Source of the DNA: Eledone cirrhosa
Taxonomy: Eukaryota
Length of the DNA: 64,000 nucleotides
Direction: 5' to 3'
NCBI GenBank assembly: GCA_964016885.1
Contig: OZ024740.1
Coordinates: 331,390,001 to 331,454,000, forward strand
The position numbers and the translations under genes are program-made. How positions within the stretch are numbered: the stretch's first letter is position 1; each line of letters begins with the position of its first letter. Of this stretch, positions 1 to 13,259 are shown one piece after another. The notes beneath the pieces are model-generated. The model was given only the letters and a program-made list of their open reading frames with translations. It searched no databases and was not told the origin of the DNA.

Positions 1-249
1 GCACTTCTTTTATGTGTATGTGTGTGTGTGCGTGTGTGCGTGTGTGTGTGTGGCGTTTGAGTACAATATTATGCCAGTTGGCATTAATATCCTTGGCTTT
101 GTGTATTGGCATAGATAAGAATTTCGTTGATGTACCAAACACTGATACAGTTTCAGGTGTATGACGACACCACTTCTTTTTGTTAGTATTTCGTAGAGTG
201 GGCTTGAGTTCGAGTGTATGCAAAAGCCAACTTCGTGTGTTTATATATA

Positions 250-520
250 TATTAAAATAATAGATTAAATTTTAAGCAAAGAATCGCTGCTTACCCCCTT
301 AGCGGGATCTTCTGAAACTAAAAAAAATAAATCTGTGAACGCAGAAGTAAATATTTCGAAAAGTTTGTAACTGAAGGAAAACAGGTAGACGATACTTTGG
401 TTCGTGAAGACGTTCCCTGGCAAAGAACGGGAAAAAGCGAAGATAATACGTCATTATGTGGAGCGTAGAGAACAATTACACGTAAAGATAAAACCACGTT
501 TATAGTATGAATGAAGTAGT
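250..520. mobile_element. Dispersed repeat family A (non-autonomous, probably PLE-terminus-derived) next to (TA)n
   Basis: Motif attaaaataatagattaaattttaagcaaagaatcgctgct...acgcagaagtaaatatttcgaaa. Related copies at ~28630-28830, ~37795-37960, ~48360-48675 (reverse) and ~56760-57640 in each tandem unit. Confidence 0.65.
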
Positions 521-524
521 AATG

Positions 525-569
<45 letters not shown>

Positions 570-589
570 AAGGTTAACACTTACATAAA

Positions 590-1589
590 GTTATAGATAT
601 ATATGCTGCAACCGGTCACTTTTCGACAGCATGTAGAAACTGACTAAATATACCATCAACCATACACAATTAGGTGTAAAATTAAACTTAGAAGAAATGT
701 GTACATACCGTTGATGGCATATTTAGTCAGTTTCTACATGCTGTCGAAATGTTGGATAAATACTCTATTGGGGCCACCGCGAAGAGGCCACTTTCGGTTA
801 TTTGTCGGAGATTTCTTCATAAGAGCCTTTCTTCTTATAGCTTGGTCTAATTGATTTTTTTATATGATTAATTATGCTAATTGGAAGAGGAAATGGTATA
901 TATTTTATCTAATAATTCTAAGGACATGATTTATGATATATTGCTCTGAATATTTAATTTATTAATTCTTCATAGAGCCTAAAAGTGACCGGTTGCAGCA
1001 TATATATCTGTAACTTTATGTATATGTAAACATTTATATTTAATAATCTCCCGTTAGGTTGAGATTCAATTTGGCGATATTTGGCTGCGCTTTCTAGCAA
1101 CAAGCCTACCTGCCGTAAGCAACCAATCACATTCTTTCTAGCTTGACCACAGCCACATAGCGATTCTTAGCCATTTTTTAATCTAATTTTGGCGCGATCA
1201 AGTTGGAAAACTAAATGTCTGATTTTGAGTTTGTCTCCTGATGAATCCCAACTCAAGACATTCCTATTAATTGGATGTCTAAAAATACGGATGAAACCAT
1301 GGTAGAGATATAATTACGGTATGTACACATTTCTTCTAAGTTTAATTTTACACCTAATTGTGTATGGTTGATGGTATATTTAGTCAGTTTCTACATGCTG
1401 TCGAAATGTTGGATAAATACTCTATTGGGGCCACCTCGAAGAGGCCACTTTCGGTTATTTGTCGGAGATTTCTTCTTAAGAGCCTTTCTTCTTATAGTTT
1501 GGTCTAATTGATTTTTTATATGGTTAATTATGTAAATTGGAAGAGGAAATGGTATATATTTTATCTAATAATTCTAAGGACATGATTTA

Positions 1590-1592
<3 letters not shown>
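590..1592 (+). mobile_element. Non-coding PLE pseudo-LTR/retrozyme-like remnant: direct repeat plus inverted 5' piece, within (TA)n
   Basis: 710-940 is repeated at 1367-1592 (offset ~657). 590-710 is the reverse complement of parts of 980-1022 and 1318-1407. Contains an HHR and is flanked by (TA)n. Confidence 0.65.
1232..1310 (+). ncRNA. Type I hammerhead ribozyme
   Basis: tgtctc-CTGATGA-atcc...ggat-GAAA-ccatgg-TA-gagata. Stem I tgtctc/gagata; stem II atcc/ggat with an inner hairpin; palindromic stem III; GUA triplet. Confidence 0.8.
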
Positions 1593-1687
<95 letters not shown>

Positions 1688-3246
1688 CTAAGTCTGCGCT
1701 ACCTGAAACTATGAAACAATATTTTTTTATTGTTCTTCCTAAATTTTACATCTTACACCTCATTGCCACTTTTGTGAAATTTATTTTCTACTTCTTCTTC
1801 ATTTAGCTTTCCCGGTCGTATACTATTTAGGGGAGGTTTCTTGCCATCGTTTTCGCCTAGTTTTCTTCAAATCTGTTTTCGATTTATACTTCATATGTTT
1901 CATAATTTCTGATGGCGCTTCTTTTTTATTTTCCCTTTATTCATTAATATTCACCATCTCTTTCGAAATTGTTGGATGCCTTGGTAATAGAAATTAATTA
2001 TTTGCTTTGCTCTTGCTTTGTGGTCTTGTGTATTAAATTTCCAGTATTCTTGTCTCCCTAATAAAAATTAGGATTTGTCCTCCCGATTGCTAGTGATGTG
2101 GTACCTTCTGAGAGACCTAATTCACCTGCAACGCACGAGTCAGACAAAGCATACCTTCCCTCCGGCGGAACTTCATTCTCCCCAGATACCTTGCCATTTA
2201 TAAGCATTTAATTGTTCTGCTTGCCTCAGCGTCCGAATGTCTTGTCTTCTCTCCTAGATGCAACTTATGTATATCAGATGTTTGGACCGGATATAGAAGA
2301 GCCGCAAATATTCTCTACCTCTCACGAGAATGCCCACTAGACGAGTTCCTCATAGGAAGCCTTGTGGGAATTCTTATTTGAGTATCTAAAATAGCATTCC
2401 AGTTTAACACAAAATACCTCCAATGACTTAGATATTTGAACTGTCTTAACTGCGACGTTTTGCATCTACTTCTATGGGAAATACAAGAAGGAAGATTTCT
2501 TTCCAAGCAAATATCTGTAAGCCTTCTGCTATGCTTCATTTGCACCAGTACCTCCTGGCTGCACCCAATGTTCTTCTACCAGACGGTCCCACCCTAAGAA
2601 GCTGTCCTCTCCAGGTTTTACCAGATGAAGCCCAAGCTACCGAGGTGAACAGTCATCACTCCGCTCCAGCGTCCTCAGTGTGTTCAGGGATTTCTACGAA
2701 TTTCGATGCAATAGCATCCCTATACCTATTATTGTGCCCTCCATCAAACAGAGCTTCCTCCTTTAACCTGGACTTGCCGCTTTTGGCCTTTATTTACTTT
2801 AGTTTATCTCAGGTTGAAGATAATTAGATGGTGATACGTTGAGCGACCATTCTATCTTATATCACGAATACTCATTAAAGAATTGAAGAGATCAGACAAT
2901 AAATGATCAATTATTGACTTCTGCAACTGCTACCTATTTTAACAGAGAACGATATTCATAAAAGAGAGTCATGGAACTTTGTTGAGGAATTCCCGACAAT
3001 ATCTACCGTTCTATCATCAAGTTGGAGGTGTTTCATTTACAGTAAACCTTATTAGTAGCGTAATCTCAGAAATTTAAAATTTAAGAATATTATAAGCTGT
3101 ATATAAGATTTTATATTTGATATAGTTTTAATCTTTGGAACTTAGTGTATATTTGTAGTTTAATACTATCGTTACAAAACTATATTAAATAAAAAATGTT
3201 TGTGTTCAATTTTGTCAATGGTTTCTCTTTCCTTCCCTATTTGTCA

Positions 3247-3377
<131 letters not shown>

Positions 3378-3428
3378 TTTTCTTTCACTCTCCTTTTATA
3401 TATGTATATATATATGTGAGAAAAACCA

Positions 3429-3464
3429 CTTTTGAAAAGCAGAAGAACTGCGAAACTGGTAAAG
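3429..3464 (+). ncRNA. Type I hammerhead, U3-A8 variant
   Basis: ctt-TTGAAAA-gcag-aagaa-ctgc-GAAA-ctgg-TA-aag, followed by AATAAA. Same family as 41582-41617 (-) and 44248-44283 (+). Confidence 0.65.
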
Positions 3465-3596
3465 GAACCAAATAAATATATATGTTTAAAAAAAAGACTC
3501 CAGTTCCATTTTCGATTTCATCTTTTTTCATAATACTTTCACTCGTGTAGTACACCTCGGTAATTTTTCATTTTGTAAAAAGAAAACTCACTTTCT

Positions 3597-3662
<66 letters not shown>

Positions 3663-3702
3663 CGAAACATAAGTCAATTGCATGAACTCATAATCCTTTA
3701 TT

Positions 3703-3760
3703 TACTGCTATATATATTTCGATGATAGCCATTGAATGGCTATGACCTTATCAGCCAGTT
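3703..3760 (-). ncRNA. Degenerate hammerhead-like motif (CUGAUAA core)
   Basis: Minus strand: actgg-CTGATAA-ggtcatagccattcaatggctatcatc-GAAA-tatata-TA-gcagt, then aataaa. Confidence 0.45.
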
Positions 3761-3818
3761 AGTCAGTTCTTAGATATGCCAGCTCTGTGTTTATGGTGTT
3801 GATGGTATCAGAGCCTTG

Positions 3819-3871
<53 letters not shown>

Positions 3872-3882
3872 CGTAAAATAAG

Positions 3883-3935
<53 letters not shown>

Positions 3936-3940
<5 letters not shown>

Positions 3941-4038
3941 AAACAGTAAGACCCCGACGGCTGAGCTCAAGCCGTTTCGACGGCTAATTCTCGTCGAAAC
4001 GGCTTGAGCTCAGCCGTCGGGGTCTTACTGGTTCCTAT
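3936..4038. repeat. Near-perfect GC-rich hairpin (~47-bp arms) containing the 3' half of a hammerhead
   Basis: ataggaaacagtaagaccccgacggctgagctcaagccgtttcgacg / cgtcgaaacggcttgagctcagccgtcggggtcttactggttcctat. Confidence 0.9.
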
Positions 4039-4126
4039 TACCCACTCTACTACAACAAGTATTGAGTACTTTGGTGCGTTATGGTCCACCTGGTTCCTTA
4101 TCACATTTCCTTCGTTATATATATAT

Positions 4127-4572
<446 letters not shown>

Positions 4573-4582
4573 ATATATATAT

Positions 4583-4652
<70 letters not shown>

Positions 4653-5215
4653 GGGAGGGGGTTATAGAAAGCCAAAGCTACACTTAGATATGTCCACAGC
4701 AGGTAGAACAATTAATATTTCTATTCTTGATTCATGATAAGATAGTACATGATATTTGCTACTACTAATTTAATGTATTTCTGATTGAGGAACGGTCTAT
4801 AATAAGCTGCGCAATCTCCAACCAGTTATTATGTGGTTTCCTAAGCTACAGGTCATGTAAAACGCCATTATGCCTCGTACAACATTGTTGGATAATGAGT
4901 ATATATTTGGCAAAGAAGAAATACAACTACAATGCATCATTAGTGTTAGAAATATTGAGGATGATTATGAATCAACTAACCTAGGTTTCTGTTGATTATT
5001 AGGCGACAACATTTAGGCACTAATGACATACGTACTTCGAAGAGAAATAAATATATCGTAAAGCCGTGAAGTGATAGTTCCTGTCTTATCTATATAACAA
5101 ACAGTAAAAATAATATTGTACAGAAATAATATTTACAGTAAACTTTGATATTTTAAATAGTGCCTTGAGGATTCATATACCAAACACTTTATCATTTCCT
5201 AATATTGAGATTCTT

Positions 5216-5269
<54 letters not shown>

Positions 5270-5409
5270 TTGTTAAACAATATTCAATGATTATGTCAAA
5301 GAATGAGTCTTACAGTAGATTGGAAGCACTCAACGTAAAAAATAATTTTCTGGAGTTATTAATATTAAAATATAAGTATTAATAAAATAGATGTAATTTT
5401 GATCAATTT

Positions 5410-5464
5410 CATTTTATTATACATATTTCGGATGTACAACAGTACGTCCTCATCAGACAAAATA
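5410..5464 (-). ncRNA. Type I hammerhead ribozyme
   Basis: Minus strand: tattttgt-CTGATGA-ggacgtac-tgtt-gtacatcc-GAAA-tatgta-TA-ataaaatg. Confidence 0.75.
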
Positions 5465-5957
5465 TAATGATACATGACATACCCTGAGATGTTAAATGGT
5501 TAAGATTTAATCAAGGTAGTGATTAACCAGATAGAAAATTTTACTTATATCCTACTTATTAGAAAATGCGAAAACGTAATAAATTCATTAGAGAATATGT
5601 GAGTAATAAAAAGGTTGCATACTGTAAGTGTTCTAAAATTTAAAGTGTATGATATTACAATATAACTAGGAAAACATCTCATTAACAGCCAGTGATAGCC
5701 ACTGGAAAAAAGATTTATAAAGAAGGAAAAAAAAAGTGGGGGGGGGGGGGTCGAAAGTTAAACGGTTAGATTTGAAAATATTTAATTTATAATATTAGGG
5801 TGAAGACTCCAGATTTCAGGATTATTTGCTAGTTATTTATATATTATTTATATGAATTCGATAAGTGTGTTATCATTTCTAAACTTCTGAATTGTTAGAA
5901 TAACATTTAAAGGATGCGTGCATCTCGGACATGCCCGGCTGACGGCACATCCATGAT

Positions 5958-8932
5958 CTAGAGTTTATCCCGAACTGACAATGCTCCTCGGTAGCACTGC
6001 CAGGCCAGAGATTTCTGGAAGTTGTCCATAACTCCCGGCCCGAAAGTTCTTCCGAAGAGATTGGCTAGTTGATTTTCGTCGACGCCTAGAGTTTCCCCAA
6101 GTACATCGTCGCTCTTCCCCTCCACTAATCCTCTATAGAACGCCGAGGTGGAGTTTCCACCGATCACATTGCCTGATTGGTCGAGGGCTGTGAGCGCCTG
6201 AAGACATTCCAGTCTCCAGGCGCTCCCTCTCGATCTTCGCTTGACACAGGACTGCAGCTCCGTCAAGGAAACGAGCTGGGGAAATACGTGTCTAGCAAAC
6301 GGTGACCACACCTGATCATCGTCCAGGAAGAGGTGGAGATGTCGTAGCCTGAGCGCGTGTCTGTGCATCATCAGCCACGGCATTCCCAGCCCTCCGCGTA
6401 GCGGGTGTTGACAGCCGATGGGCCGCCTGACCATCGGAGCGCGTCCCTTCCACAAAAAGCGAAAGAGCAAACGCTCCAGCGCAGTCAGGCGGGGCTTAGG
6501 ACAAAGTACGACGGTCAGCCGGTAGCAGATGACAGACGCGATGTACGCGTTAGCCACCTCCGCTCGACCTTTCAGGGATAGTTTCCTCTCCGCCCATTTC
6601 TGGGTGAGAGAAGCCACCCTGCTCGTCGCCTCGTCCCAGTTTTTGTCCGTCTGGAGGTCCGGACCGAAACAGAACCCTAGCAATTTAACCGGTCTGTCCG
6701 TTCAGCGTCCGACGACGCTATTGGACGGCATGGACCTGCCTCTCCAGGTGCCGAGCTGCAGGCCCACTGACTTTTCTTGGTTGATCATTGCTCCTGTCAC
6801 CGCTTCGTATTCTCTTAGTGTAGTGCCGATCGCCTCGATGTGTTTGGCGTTCGACACCACTACGGTGATATCATCCGCATATGCTGACACGGGTCTTCCG
6901 CATCCTAGTTCGCGCGGGACGCCCCTCGACGTCTCCAGTTTGTGCAGTAATGGCTCGAGAGTCAATACGTACAAGAGGGACGAGAGGGGACATCCTTGGC
7001 GGACCGAGTCAATACGTACAAGAGGGACGAGAGGAGACATCCTTGGAGGACCGTTCACTCTCACCACAGAGCAGATGTCGCTGTGCATGGCAGCAACCCA
7101 GCCTCTGGAGACGGGCCCAAAGCCAGTCGCCCTCAGGACTGCCGCTAGGTAACGATGGGCGACCCGATCGAAAGCTTTCGACTGATCTAAATTGATCAAG
7201 GACCCACCCGTGCCAGGTTCCCTAGCTACCCTCTCTACGATGTATCGTAGAGGTTGTCGTGGATGGATCTGTCGGGAATGGCGCATGTCTGCGCCTCTCC
7301 CACCAGACAACCAACGAACAGCGCCAACCTCTTTGCTAGCACCTTGGCCAAAATCTTGAACTCTGTGTTTAGCAGAGTTATGGGCCTGAAATTATCTATG
7401 TTATACCCCTTGTTCGGATCCTTTCTCAGCAGTGCCACCGCTTCTCGGCTCACAGAACTGGGAATTCTCCCGTTCTGTTGCCAGTTGCAGTAGACGTCCG
7501 CCAAGAGGCCTCCGAACAAGTCATGCATCTGTACGTAAAGTTCATAGGGCAGACCATCCAAACCAGGCGATTTACCCCTTGTGCAGCCAGTCATTGCCTC
7601 CCTTACTTCTGCGGCTGTTATCGGCATTTCGAAACACTCCGCCTCAGTGGCCGAGAGCCGCAGCAGTCCGTCGAGGTACACACTAAAGTCCATCCCTCGA
7701 CCCGGCCCACCGCTGCCCCCGAACAGCTGAGCGAAGTGTCGCTGAAAAGCTTCACACATTTGCCCGGGATCGAGTAGCATGCGCCCGTCGTGGTCCACCA
7801 AAGACCGGATCGTGGCTTTGTTGCCACGACGCGCCTCCGCCACTCGGGCCCATTGAACGGCTTTCGTCCCGTCGTGTCTGAGAGACGCACTCTAGCTCTG
7901 ACAACGCAGCCTTCGTGCTTTGCATTGAAGAATTGGTCAACGGCCAATTTCGCCGCAAGCACGTCGGTCGCAATGCGTTTGCGAAGCGCCTCGTCTAATT
8001 TTCTAACTAGTTCTCCCTCTGCTCTACTTTTCTCTATTGCTAAAGACTTACTAAAACTAATGGATTCTATTCTAATCGTTCTTTTCAGAGCAAACCAGCA
8101 CTTGTTGTTGACGATGGCCCCCGTCAACGCCCGCTTAACTAGTTCGCTAATCCGGTTCTGTAGGCCTTGCGCACTGGTAAGGATGCGTTTAGCTTCCAGT
8201 AGCCGGGTCCTCGTCTATGAAGCCTATCTAAGTCAAGCACACAGATCACGAATTTGTGGTCCGTGTAGCTGACTATCTTGAATTGTGGACAGCCTATGCT
8301 AGACCTGTCTATTTCCCTACAAAATACACTATCTAGATATGATCTGGATGACCCTATGCGATTTTTCCATGTCCACATTGGCACATTCGGGAAATCCAAT
8401 CGGTACCTGTCAGACAGTTTAAAACGCCTGAGCCGGATGGTGAGGCTCTTGCACCCACCACTCCTATCCGCTAATCCCACACAGTCCCAGCGTGCATCTA
8501 AGATCCCGTTCCAACGCCCACTAACACTAAAGAGCGGGACGTTCCAAGAAAGGTCTCCAGACGCAGGAAGAAATCAGGCCGCCCTGCTGTTGTCGGGGCA
8601 TAGACGGCTACTAGCCTGAAATCTTGCGTGTCTCCGCTGGTCACGTCCAGCACCACCAACTTACCCTCTGGGTCCAGGAAGATGGCCCGTATGGCGAGAT
8701 CCAAACCTCTCCGAAAAAGCACAGCAACTCCTCCCCCGATCCAGGACGGATGGAAGATGCGTACACATCGTAGCCGCCGATGATCGGTGCGAAGGCCAGT
8801 GCTTCGGAGATTCTGGTCTCGCTGATGGCCACTACATCTATGTATAGTGACCTGAGGTCGTTGAGCAGGTGACCCTGCTTCCATGACGACCTCAAGCCAC
8901 GCGTTTATATTGCCTATTCTGAGTGAGGTCAT
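5958..8932 (-). pseudogene. Tx1 ORF2 (APE endonuclease + reverse transcriptase), multiple frameshifts
   Basis: Motifs: LRIGNINA, VVAISETR, LVAVYAP, SRSYLD, YTDH, PGYWKLN, GKSPGLDG, NFRPITLLNTEFKILAKVLA, LDQSKAFDRV, VRQGCPLS, AYADD, GGLGMP. Confidence 0.9.
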
Positions 8933-8967
8933 GTTTAAAATAGAGTGGAAAAGATGGGAAAGACCAC

Positions 8968-10938
8968 TTACCGTACTTTTCGTAGAGGAAGGATGGTTTT
9001 TCCATCCCTTTTCATTTGATCGTCTGGTGAAGGGACCGTCGAATCGTCCCTTCGGCTGGTCGTCGGCTCTTCTATGAGTATGTCCGAATATACTCTTCGG
9101 TTGAGAGTCCCTCCTAGGTCTCTGAAATCACCAACTGCGTTGGGGAATTTCGTTTTAATGCTTGTGTATTGTTTCTGTGCTATTTTTAGCAGTCTTATGT
9201 TAGCTGGCGTTTTGATTGGTGCTGGTATTATGTAGTCGTGCTGTGAAATGTCTATGTGTTCAATTATGTAAGTCATTAGTTTCTTGTTGTGTGTATTTAT
9301 TGCCGTGCATTTGTTTTTCTGGGGGTGGGGTGTGGTTCTGCTATTTTCTTGTCGTTGTTGCTGGGTGTGTGTGTTTTGTTGTTGTGTTTGCGATGTTGGT
9401 GCTTGTGGTGGTGTTGTTGAAGGTGTCGTTGTTGTTGGCGGTGGGGTTGTCGCCGGTGGTGATGGTGGTGCTAGTGTGGATGGTGATGGTGTTGGTGGTG
9501 TTGCTGCTGTGAGTCTCTTTGCAGTAGCCTTTACCTTTTTTCATTTCTTTCCTCCCTTTTCGAAGGCGACGATGCGCTGCTTCTGCGTTTGTGCCTTCTT
9601 ACGACCTTTTGCCATCCCTCTCCCACCTCACACTCCATGTCTGATTCTGTGAGGTCGGGGAGGGGTACCAACCCCACTCTTCCACTTGTTGTTGTTGGTG
9701 ATGTTTGCACTGGAGTCTCTGTTGCAGCCGCATTTGGTATTACTGTTGTTGTTGTTAATACTTCCACTGCTGCTGCTGTTTTTGATTTCCGTGGCGTGGG
9801 TATGGGTGCCACGGACCTATCGTTCCTGAATGCCGCTTGGTCTGTTGATGATAGCCGTGGAGCCGGTTTCGGAAGGAGGGGGGTTTTCTCCTTTCTCAGG
9901 GTCTTCTCGTTGCAGAAGGCCCTGAGGTGAGTCTTCGATCCACAGCGAAAGCATTTCGGGCGTTTGCCCTCAACACTTATGGGCAGTTGAGTGCCGTTAT
10001 CGAAGTCTATCGCATCCGGGATAGCTTCAATGCACTCCTGGTTGGTTTGGATTAACATCTCAATGGAGGTGCCGACCCAATCTTCTCTTACTTTTTCAGT
10101 ACTTGCAGTACAGTTGTTTTGTCCTCGATTCCGACGAGGACAGACGCGGCCAGCCAAGAAGGGGCCATCCCGGGGGGGGGGGGGTCAGTTTGACCCTCAC
10201 AATTTTTTGCCCGCAGTAGGAGGGCACCAACACCATTTCCTCGCTCCTTAGGGTCACTACGGATTGGGCCTTTGCCTCCTGGGGTGTGGCAAAAAGCACG
10301 TCTACGGTGGCATATTTCTTGCTTCGGGTGATGTGCGTTTTCCGCTGCCACACAGATTTTTGTATTTGAGCCTCTGTGGCTCTTTCAACCCTACGGGATT
10401 TTGTGCTTACTGTATGGTACGTGACCGTACAGTGCTGTTGGGTTTCGAAAACATTTTCGGCTGCCTTGCAGATTGCTCGGTGTCCGGTTTTCGTCACCAT
10501 CTTCTTCGCTTCCTCTAATTCCTCATTTGTTATGAGGATGGTTTCCAGGTTCTTTGCGATACCTGCAAACGAGATTGGTTTTTCTTTGCTGCTGTTGTTG
10601 TTGTTGTTGTTGTTGTCAGAGCTGCTGTTACTTTTGTTGTTGCTGCAGGTACTACGACTACTGCCGCCGCCGCTGTTGCTGTGGTTTTTATTGTTGTTGC
10701 TGCTGCTGCTGCTGTTGTTGTTGCTGTTTCTGCTAATGCTGTTGTTGTTTATGCTGCTGCTGATACTGTTGCGGCTGCTACTGTTGTTTTCCTTGTCACT
10801 GTTGATGCTGCTGCTGTTATTACAGCTGCTACTGCTATTATTCCTGACGTTAGACGAATGCAATGAGTTTTCATATTTCCCGCACACCTTTTTCGTCGTT
10901 GTCGTCGTCGTTGTGGAGAAATCTTGCACGCTTTGCAC
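8968..10938 (-). pseudogene. Tx1 ORF1 (gag-like), Asn/Ser-rich N-terminus, CCHC knuckle
   Basis: CFRCGSKTHLRAFC (CX2CX4HX4C). Frame break at the poly-G run ~10171-10184 and further breaks downstream. Confidence 0.75.
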
Positions 10939-11299
10939 GTGATTTTTCTTTTCTGGCGTCGCTTGCTAAAGAGAAGGGAGAGAGAGAGACACATTTAGAG
11001 AAGGGAGGGAGAGAGACAATCTTCTCTCTGCTGTAGTGACGATTGAGGAAGAAGACGGAATGAGTGGGAGTGACCTATGAAAACTATTTTTCGTAGCCAT
11101 GTTGTTTTTTTTTGTTTAAAATAAATATTGGGCACAAAACCCCAATAAGCCGTTATTTAACCCCGAAGAGCCAAATAACGGGCAGAAAGACCCCTCTCAC
11201 GAGGAGGAGGGTGTTTTTGTCTACAAGTTGGTTAAAGTTTTAAACAATTTACAATTGTTATAGCGGTCAAAATTCACAATACCGTCAACCATAGCATTT

Positions 11300-11535
11300 A
11301 ATAATAATAATAATAATAATTGTTTCTACTATTGGCACATGGCCAGCAATCACCCAGTTCATTACTGGTACTTTATTTTATCGATCCCGTAAGGATGAAA
11401 GGCAAAGTTAATCCACACGAGGTAAACTTTGCCTTTGATCCTTACCGGGTCGATAAAATACACTACCAGTAATGTACTGGATAATTGCTGGTCTTGTGCC
11501 AATAGTAGAAACAGTTATTATTATTATTATTATTA
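11300..11535. mobile_element. Fold-back pair of SINE 3' halves with outward (AAT)n tails
   Basis: tttctactattggcaca...ggcaaagtt is the reverse complement of aactttgcc...tgtgccaatagtagaaac. Matches the SINE at 41985 and 48176. Confidence 0.8.
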
Positions 11536-11843
11536 TAGGTTGTGTGGCACAACCGAAGAGAAAATAGATCAAGATAAACCAAGCTGATGGCCATAATAAC
11601 GGAGGAGCAGGTAAATCCGTGGCTATTCTCAGTAAATTGAGTGTAGAGATAGAGAGAAAGACGAAAGACGGAGAAACCGGAAGCGAAAGGGTGTACAGGA
11701 CAGAGGGTGTGAGTAAGAGGGATAGAGAGAGAGAAACCATATTTTTGTGGGTGTATATATATATATATATATATATATAATAAATATACATAGAGAGATA
11801 GCTAGATAGATAGATAAATAGATAGAGAGATAGAGAGAGATAT

Positions 11844-11893
<50 letters not shown>

Positions 11894-11902
11894 GGATAGA
11901 TA

Positions 11903-12434
11903 TATTTCTTTATTAGCCACATGGGCACACAAGAAAAGGGGACACAACAAAGATATGCGGGGGATTTTACATACAATCGTGTAAAAAAATATAAAACAAA
12001 CAATTATAACAATCGAAATCCACAATAGGGGGGGAGGCGCCACAAATGTGTTGTTTAATACCCCGTTGATAGAACAACCCTCAACTTCAGGAGCGTGTTG
12101 TGCCAGTTCCCCTTTCTTCCTTTTGCTCTCTTCTTCAACCTGCAGGTTTATATACATTTTTGCCATATTCACCGACCTTTCAGTTAATCAAATGGGGAGC
12201 AGTGCCTCTCTCTCCATTCTGATTCTCCTTCTAAAGTGGTATCTAAAGAAGGGAATGAGTTATTGTCCGGTGAGTAAGGCATCTGTCCTCAGTCCTCTCA
12301 ATGTCGTCCACCATATAACCTCTTTCACCATAGACACTATACAGAGGAAAACCGCCTCTATTTCGTTGTTGAAAGAAGTTGGCGGTTTGATCCTTACTAT
12401 GGACTCGGCAGTCAACTGGATTTGTTCCATACGC
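11903..12434 (-). mobile_element. 5'-truncated Tx1 3' end inserted in (GATA)n with a 12-bp TSD
   Basis: Decayed ORF2 C-terminus (KEVIWW...FFRYHFRRRIRMERE...NMAKM), a 3' UTR with AATAAA, and gatggatagata at both 11891-11902 and 12435-12446. Confidence 0.7.
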
Positions 12435-13259
12435 GATGGATAGATAGATACATAGATCGACCACTGCGTGTTTGGGACCTGTAACAGACAATAGTCTACA
12501 CATAGCTAGATTTCAACAGATAGTGGAAGTAATAAAACGAATTCTAAGGGAGGACGTTATAATCAGTGCGATGACAGCTACATTCAAGACAACGGCAACA
12601 ACAACAACAACGACGACAAAAGCAACACCGAGCGCATCACTACATTGGCCGTTAATAGCAGTGATAACAATACCCTGTTAATGCAACAGTTACATCTCCA
12701 CTAGACAACCAATTGAAAAGCCAGGCAGCGGAGACAACAACAACACTAGTAATGAATTCGGCCACGACGATGACGGCAACAAAAAAAAAAAACAGTTTGG
12801 TCGTTGTAAATAAATTCCCATGGTAATAATAATGATAATTGTTTCTAATTTTTGGCATAAGGCCAGCAATTATCCCACTGCATAATAATAATAATTAGTA
12901 ATATCAATAGTAGTGAATTGTAACTACAGTGGAATTAATAATAACAACAACAACAACAAAGCCCGGGCAAATAATGACTACTAGAATGTGGATGCAAGAT
13001 TTAGGTATCGAACAAAGGAACAGAAACAGATAGTGGTATATGGATACAAGGGCAGGTATACATACAGTGAACAAGGAGCAAAATAATATAAAACATGGAC
13101 CCTCATGTCGTGAGTGTAACAGAATGATGGTAGTGTGATTCGTGGCGGACGCACACAGGCTATCCAGGTTTCGGCCGATATTGCTGTTGGTGTGCGTCGA
13201 CGCCCGGCCCACAGGGTCAAGCCTTGTACTAGACCATAGCCAGTACATATACTTTGCTA

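Larger units (their letters stand above)
5915..11290 (-). mobile_element. Tx1/L1-clade non-LTR retrotransposon, frameshifted, 3' end missing
   Basis: ORF1 with a zinc knuckle followed by APE-RT ORF2 fragments on the same strand. GC-rich block; boundaries approximate. Confidence 0.85.

Noticed and set aside
1810-2830. Moderately GC-rich block with short ORFs (FKYL motif on -)
   Set aside because: Probably an old retroelement fragment, but it cannot be assigned by eye.
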